A stretch of DNA of 64,000 bases, from the NCBI GenBank assembly GCA_963701265.1, contig OY969581.1, positions 2,002,372-2,066,371 on the forward strand, given 5' to 3'. The notes under the pieces are model-generated. The model saw only the letters and a program-made list of their open reading frames with translations. It was not told the origin of the DNA and searched no databases. Within the stretch, counting starts at the first letter, position 1. The number at the start of each line of letters is the position of its first letter. Made by a program: the position numbers and the translations under genes. Positions 61,142-64,000 of the stretch are shown piece after piece. Origin of the DNA: an uncultured Solirubrobacterales bacterium. GTDB taxonomy: Bacteria > Actinomycetota > Thermoleophilia > Solirubrobacterales > 70-9.

Positions 61142-62374
61142 CTATCCCGCCGCGCGAGTCCGCCGTGCCGCCCGCGCGACCTCGTAGGCCTGCTCGAACT
61201 GGGGCACGACCTCGGCCGGGGAGAAATCGCCGGCGCGACCGTGGGCGGCCGCGCCGAGCCGCTGGCGCAAGTCGGGGTCACCGACCAGCCGCTCGATCGC
61301 CGCGGCCAGCGCCGCCGGGTCGGCGGGTGCCACCAGCAGGCCGGTCTCGCCGTCAATCACGACGTCGCTGAGCCCGCCGATGTCGGAGGCGACGATCGGC
61401 TTGCCCGCGGCCGCCGTCTCCAACGCCACCAGCCCGAAGGTCTCGGGCAGGATCGAGGGGACGACCGTGAACAGCGAGCGCCGCAGCGCCTCGATCGCGT
61501 AGCGGTGCGGCATCGGCCCCAGCGCCACCACTCCCGGCAGGCTCGCCACCTCCTCGAGGAAGCAGCGGCCGACCAGGACCAGCGGCGGCGGGTTGCGCAG
61601 CGAGCGGTAGGCCTCGGCGAGCACGGCGCCGCCCTTGTCGAGGGTGACGTCGCCGAAGTAGAGGATGAAGGGCTCACTGGGCAGGCTGGCGAGATGGGGG
61701 TCACCGGCCGGCAGCGGCTGCGGCAGCTCACGGATCAGGTTGGGGACGACCCGACAGTCATCGGAGAGCTCGAGCCCGCAGCGCACCCGCACCGCCTCGC
61801 TGACCGGCAGGAAGACGTCGACGTGGCGGCGCACCCGTCGCTCCGAGGCGCGGGTGAGCAGCGCAACGCCGGCACCCTTGGCCGGGCTGTAGTAGTCGGC
61901 GGCGCAGCTGATGCACTTGCCCCAGCCGGGGCCGCTGCAGGGAGCACCGTGGTTGAGGAAGCGCTTGGTCGCGCAGACGAGGCCGTAGTCGTGCATCGAG
62001 AGCGCCAGTGCCGGGCCGCCGCGACGGTCGAGCGGCAGGAAGGAGTGCAGGAGCCAGTTGTGGGCGTGGACGACGTCGGGCCGCTGGCGGCGCAGCAGCC
62101 GGCGCAGGTCGAGCACGGTCTCGGGGTCGGGAGCGGGCGGCGCGTGGCGGCGCTCGTTGTCGAGGCTGATCCCCGGCAGCCGGTAGGTGGAGCTGGCCAA
62201 TCCGTGGACCTCGATCCCGTTCTGGCTCGGCTCAGCCTCGGGGCCGGGCTGGCTCAGCGTCGCCACCGAAACCTCGTGCCCGCGGGCGACGAGCTCGATG
62301 CTGAGGTCCTCGACCACCCGCTCGACGCCACCGACGATCGGCGCGTAGGACTGGGCGAGCATCAGGATGCGCAT
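61142..62374 (-). CDS. GT4 (GT-B) glycosyltransferase with a 4-Cys insertion, paralogue of 44518..45762
   Basis: Track ORF 61142..62848 trimmed to ATG (cat 62372-62374). 410 aa. MRILMLAQSYAPIVGGVER. Cys at residues 134/146/154/157 (VCATKRFLNHGAPCSGPGWGKCISC), the same positions as in the paralogue. Confidence 0.85.
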   Translation of the reverse strand: MRILMLAQSYAPIVGGVERVVEDLSIELVARGHEVSVATLSQPGPEAEPSQNGIEVHGLASSTYRLPGISLDNERRHAPPAPDPETVLDLRRLLRRQRPDVVHAHNWLLHSFLPLDRRGGPALALSMHDYGLVCATKRFLNHGAPCSGPGWGKCISCAADYYSPAKGAGVALLTRASERRVRRHVDVFLPVSEAVRVRCGLELSDDCRVVPNLIRELPQPLPAGDPHLASLPSEPFILYFGDVTLDKGGAVLAEAYRSLRNPPPLVLVGRCFLEEVASLPGVVALGPMPHRYAIEALRRSLFTVVPSILPETFGLVALETAAAGKPIVASDIGGLSDVVIDGETGLLVAPADPAALAAAIERLVGDPDLRQRLGAAAHGRAGDFSPAEVVPQFEQAYEVARAARRTRAAG

Positions 62375-62421
62375 CGACCCCGCCGATCGTAGCGTCCCCA
62401 CCTGCATGCCAGAATCGCCCC

Positions 62422-64000
62422 GTGGCCGCTGCCTCTGCGCATCAAGTCGATTCCAGGACGCCTTCGATTTCGGTGCTGATCTGCGCCTATACGCCCGATC
62501 GGCTCGACGTACTCTCGCAGGCGATCGAGTCGGTCCGCGCCCAGTCGGTTGCCGCGCACGAGATCGTGCTCTGCGTCGACCACTCGCCGGAGCTGCTGGC
62601 CGAGGCGCGGCGCCGCTGGCCCGAGCTTCACCTGCTCGAGAACCGCGAGGAGCAGGGACTTTCCGGCGCGCGCAACAGCGGCGTCGCCGAGTGCAGCGGT
62701 GAGGTCGTCGCCTTCCTCGACGACGACGCGCTCGCCGCCCCGGACTGGCTCGAGCGCATCGGCGAGGCCTACCGCGACCCCGACGTCCTCGGCGCCGGCG
62801 GCACCGTCCGCCCCGCCTGGGTCGAGGGCAAGCCGGCCTGGTTTCCACCCGAGTTCGACTGGGTGGTCGGCTGCACCCACTCCGGCATGCCGCAACAGCG
62901 CGAAGCGGTGCGCAACCTGGTCGGCGCCAACATGTCGCTGCGCCGCGAGGTCCTGGTCGAGCTCGGCGGCTTCCGCCACGAGCTGGGTCGGGTCGGCACG
63001 ATCCCCGCCGGCTGCGAGGAGACCGACCTCTGCATCCGCGTCAGCCAGCGCTGGCCCGAGGGCAAGATCCTCTACGACCCCGCCGCGGCGGTCGACCACT
63101 TCGTCCCCGCCGGCCGCGGCACCCGCCAGTACTTCACCTCGCGCTGTCGCGGCGAGGGGCGCTCGAAGGCCGTGCTCGCCGGCCTCGTCGGCAGCGACTC
63201 GGGGCTGGAAGCCGAGCGCACCTACACCAGCCGCACGCTGCCGCTGGGCGTGCTGCGCGGCCTCGGCGACGCCCTGCGCGGGGACCCCAGCGGCCTCAGC
63301 CGCGCCGCGATGATCGTCGTCGGCCTCTTCACGACCACCACCGGCTACCTCTCCGGCGGCCGCGAGCGCCGCCGGCTCGAAAAGCGCCGCGAGGCGGAGG
63401 GCAGCCAGGGGAGCGGCAGCCCGCGGGTGCTGACGGTCACGCCCCTCAGCCCCCTCCACCAGGGCGGGGTCGAGCGCCACGTGATGGAAGTCAGCCGCCG
63501 CATCGCCGCCGCCGGCGCCGAGGCCGAGGTGCTCTGCACCGAACCCGGCGGACCGAAGCTGCAGGAGGAGGAGCGCGAGGGGGTCAAGATCCGCACCGTG
63601 CGGGCCTGGCCCGCCAACCGCGACTGGTGCCTGGCACCGCGGATCTGGCGCGAGATGTCGCGCCAGCCCTGGGACGTGGTCCACGTCCAGTCCTACCACA
63701 CGTTCGTGGCGCCGCTGGCCATGTTGCGCGGGCTCTTGCTCGGCATTCCCTACGTCGTCACCTTCCACGGCGGCGGCCACTCCTCCGACGCGCGCAACAA
63801 GGTGCGCGGCCTGCAGCGCGCCCTGCTGCGACCGCTGCTGAAGCGGGCGGCACGCCTCGTCGCCGTCGCCCGCTTCGAGATCGAGGAGTACGGCGGCGAG
63901 CTCGGCATCCCGCCCGAGCAGTTCGCCCTGATCCCCAACGGCACCGACCTCGCCTTCTCCGACGCCGGCAGCGGCAACGGCCACCAGCCCGAGGGGCCGC
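62422..64000 (+). CDS. GT2 domain followed in the same open frame by a GT4-like domain (3' end beyond the window)
   Basis: Absent from the ORF track because there is no stop before the window end. My translation from GTG 62422 reads ...SVLICAYTPDRLDVLSQAIESVRAQ...VDHSPELL...FLDDDALAAPDWL (GT2). A basic linker GGRERRRLEKRREAEGSQGSGS follows, then PRVLTVTPLSPLHQGGVERHVMEVSRRIAAAG...VVHVQSYH (GT-B N-domain). I saw no stop between the two parts. Confidence 0.7.
   Translation, partial: MAAASAHQVDSRTPSISVLICAYTPDRLDVLSQAIESVRAQSVAAHEIVLCVDHSPELLAEARRRWPELHLLENREEQGLSGARNSGVAECSGEVVAFLDDDALAAPDWLERIGEAYRDPDVLGAGGTVRPAWVEGKPAWFPPEFDWVVGCTHSGMPQQREAVRNLVGANMSLRREVLVELGGFRHELGRVGTIPAGCEETDLCIRVSQRWPEGKILYDPAAAVDHFVPAGRGTRQYFTSRCRGEGRSKAVLAGLVGSDSGLEAERTYTSRTLPLGVLRGLGDALRGDPSGLSRAAMIVVGLFTTTTGYLSGGRERRRLEKRREAEGSQGSGSPRVLTVTPLSPLHQGGVERHVMEVSRRIAAAGAEAEVLCTEPGGPKLQEEEREGVKIRTVRAWPANRDWCLAPRIWREMSRQPWDVVHVQSYHTFVAPLAMLRGLLLGIPYVVTFHGGGHSSDARNKVRGLQRALLRPLLKRAARLVAVARFEIEEYGGELGIPPEQFALIPNGTDLAFSDAGSGNGHQPEGP

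Noticed and set aside
62367-63313. Track ORFs 62367..62702 and 62549..63313 on the plus strand
   Set aside because: Both are Arg/Ser/Ala/Pro-rich with no motifs. The remaining plus frame translates into a textbook GT2 domain and stays open to the end of the window.
1-64000. rRNA, tRNA, tmRNA, CRISPR arrays, riboswitches
   Set aside because: The few intergenic regions longer than 100 nt (9424-9507, 25347-25484, 32321-32485, 35176-35327, 39022-39231, 58942-59156) showed no cloverleaf-like tRNA arrangement, no rRNA-like conserved blocks and no repeat-spacer arrays on inspection. Riboswitch presence cannot be excluded without covariance models.

Overview
This is a 64 kb window of very GC-rich DNA: single 60-nt lines I hand-counted are about 70-77% GC. 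Genes are densely packed, many with 1-4 nt start/stop overlaps. The style fits a high-GC Gram-positive chromosome (Actinomycetota, possibly Thermoleophilia/Rubrobacteria-like); that placement is inference only. All calls rest on reading the translated ORFs against family motifs I recognise; no searches were run.

Left half (housekeeping and accessory metabolism):
- The 5' part of an HMG-CoA lyase gene, a hotdog thioesterase and an SDR.
- A coenzyme F420 block: npdG-cofD-cofC-cofE, with a fused fbiC nearby.
- An MIP channel.
- A four-gene, translationally coupled metal operon: two-domain multicopper oxidase, ZIP, DtxR/MntR-type regulator, Nramp MntH.
- ygfZ and rmuC.
- Ethylmalonyl-CoA pathway genes scattered over four loci: ccr; ecm/meaA; ACAD-SCP2-MaoC; mcl.
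- Two tandem paralogous secreted PQQ-type sugar dehydrogenase/PKD proteins.
- clpS and an ArsR regulator.
- A bacterial collagen-like protein with about 95 G-X-Y triplets.
- pabB/pabC.

Right 25 kb (39.2-64 kb): one large glycan-assembly cluster. It holds seven GT2-domain ORFs (two of them fusions), four GT4 genes, a WbaP-N-terminus::GT2 fusion, a GT-C-like membrane protein and a DUF1616-like protein. It also holds a CelD/FemAB-like acyltransferase, an APH-like kinase, two NodB deacetylase domains, Wzm/Wzt and a Wzx-like flippase. A lower-GC three-gene islet interrupts it.

Most worth a second look:
- The head module of the glycan cluster, which has no recognisable phosphoglycosyltransferase catalytic domain in the window.
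- The kinase plus long-tailed Wzt pair.
- The lower-GC islet: a DUF429-like protein, a multi-TM protein and a small TM protein.
- The MCO-ZIP-MntR-MntH operon and its palindromic control region.
- A perfect 22-bp inverted repeat translated in-frame inside the fbiC linker.

I saw no rRNA, tRNA, CRISPR array, transposase or integrase.
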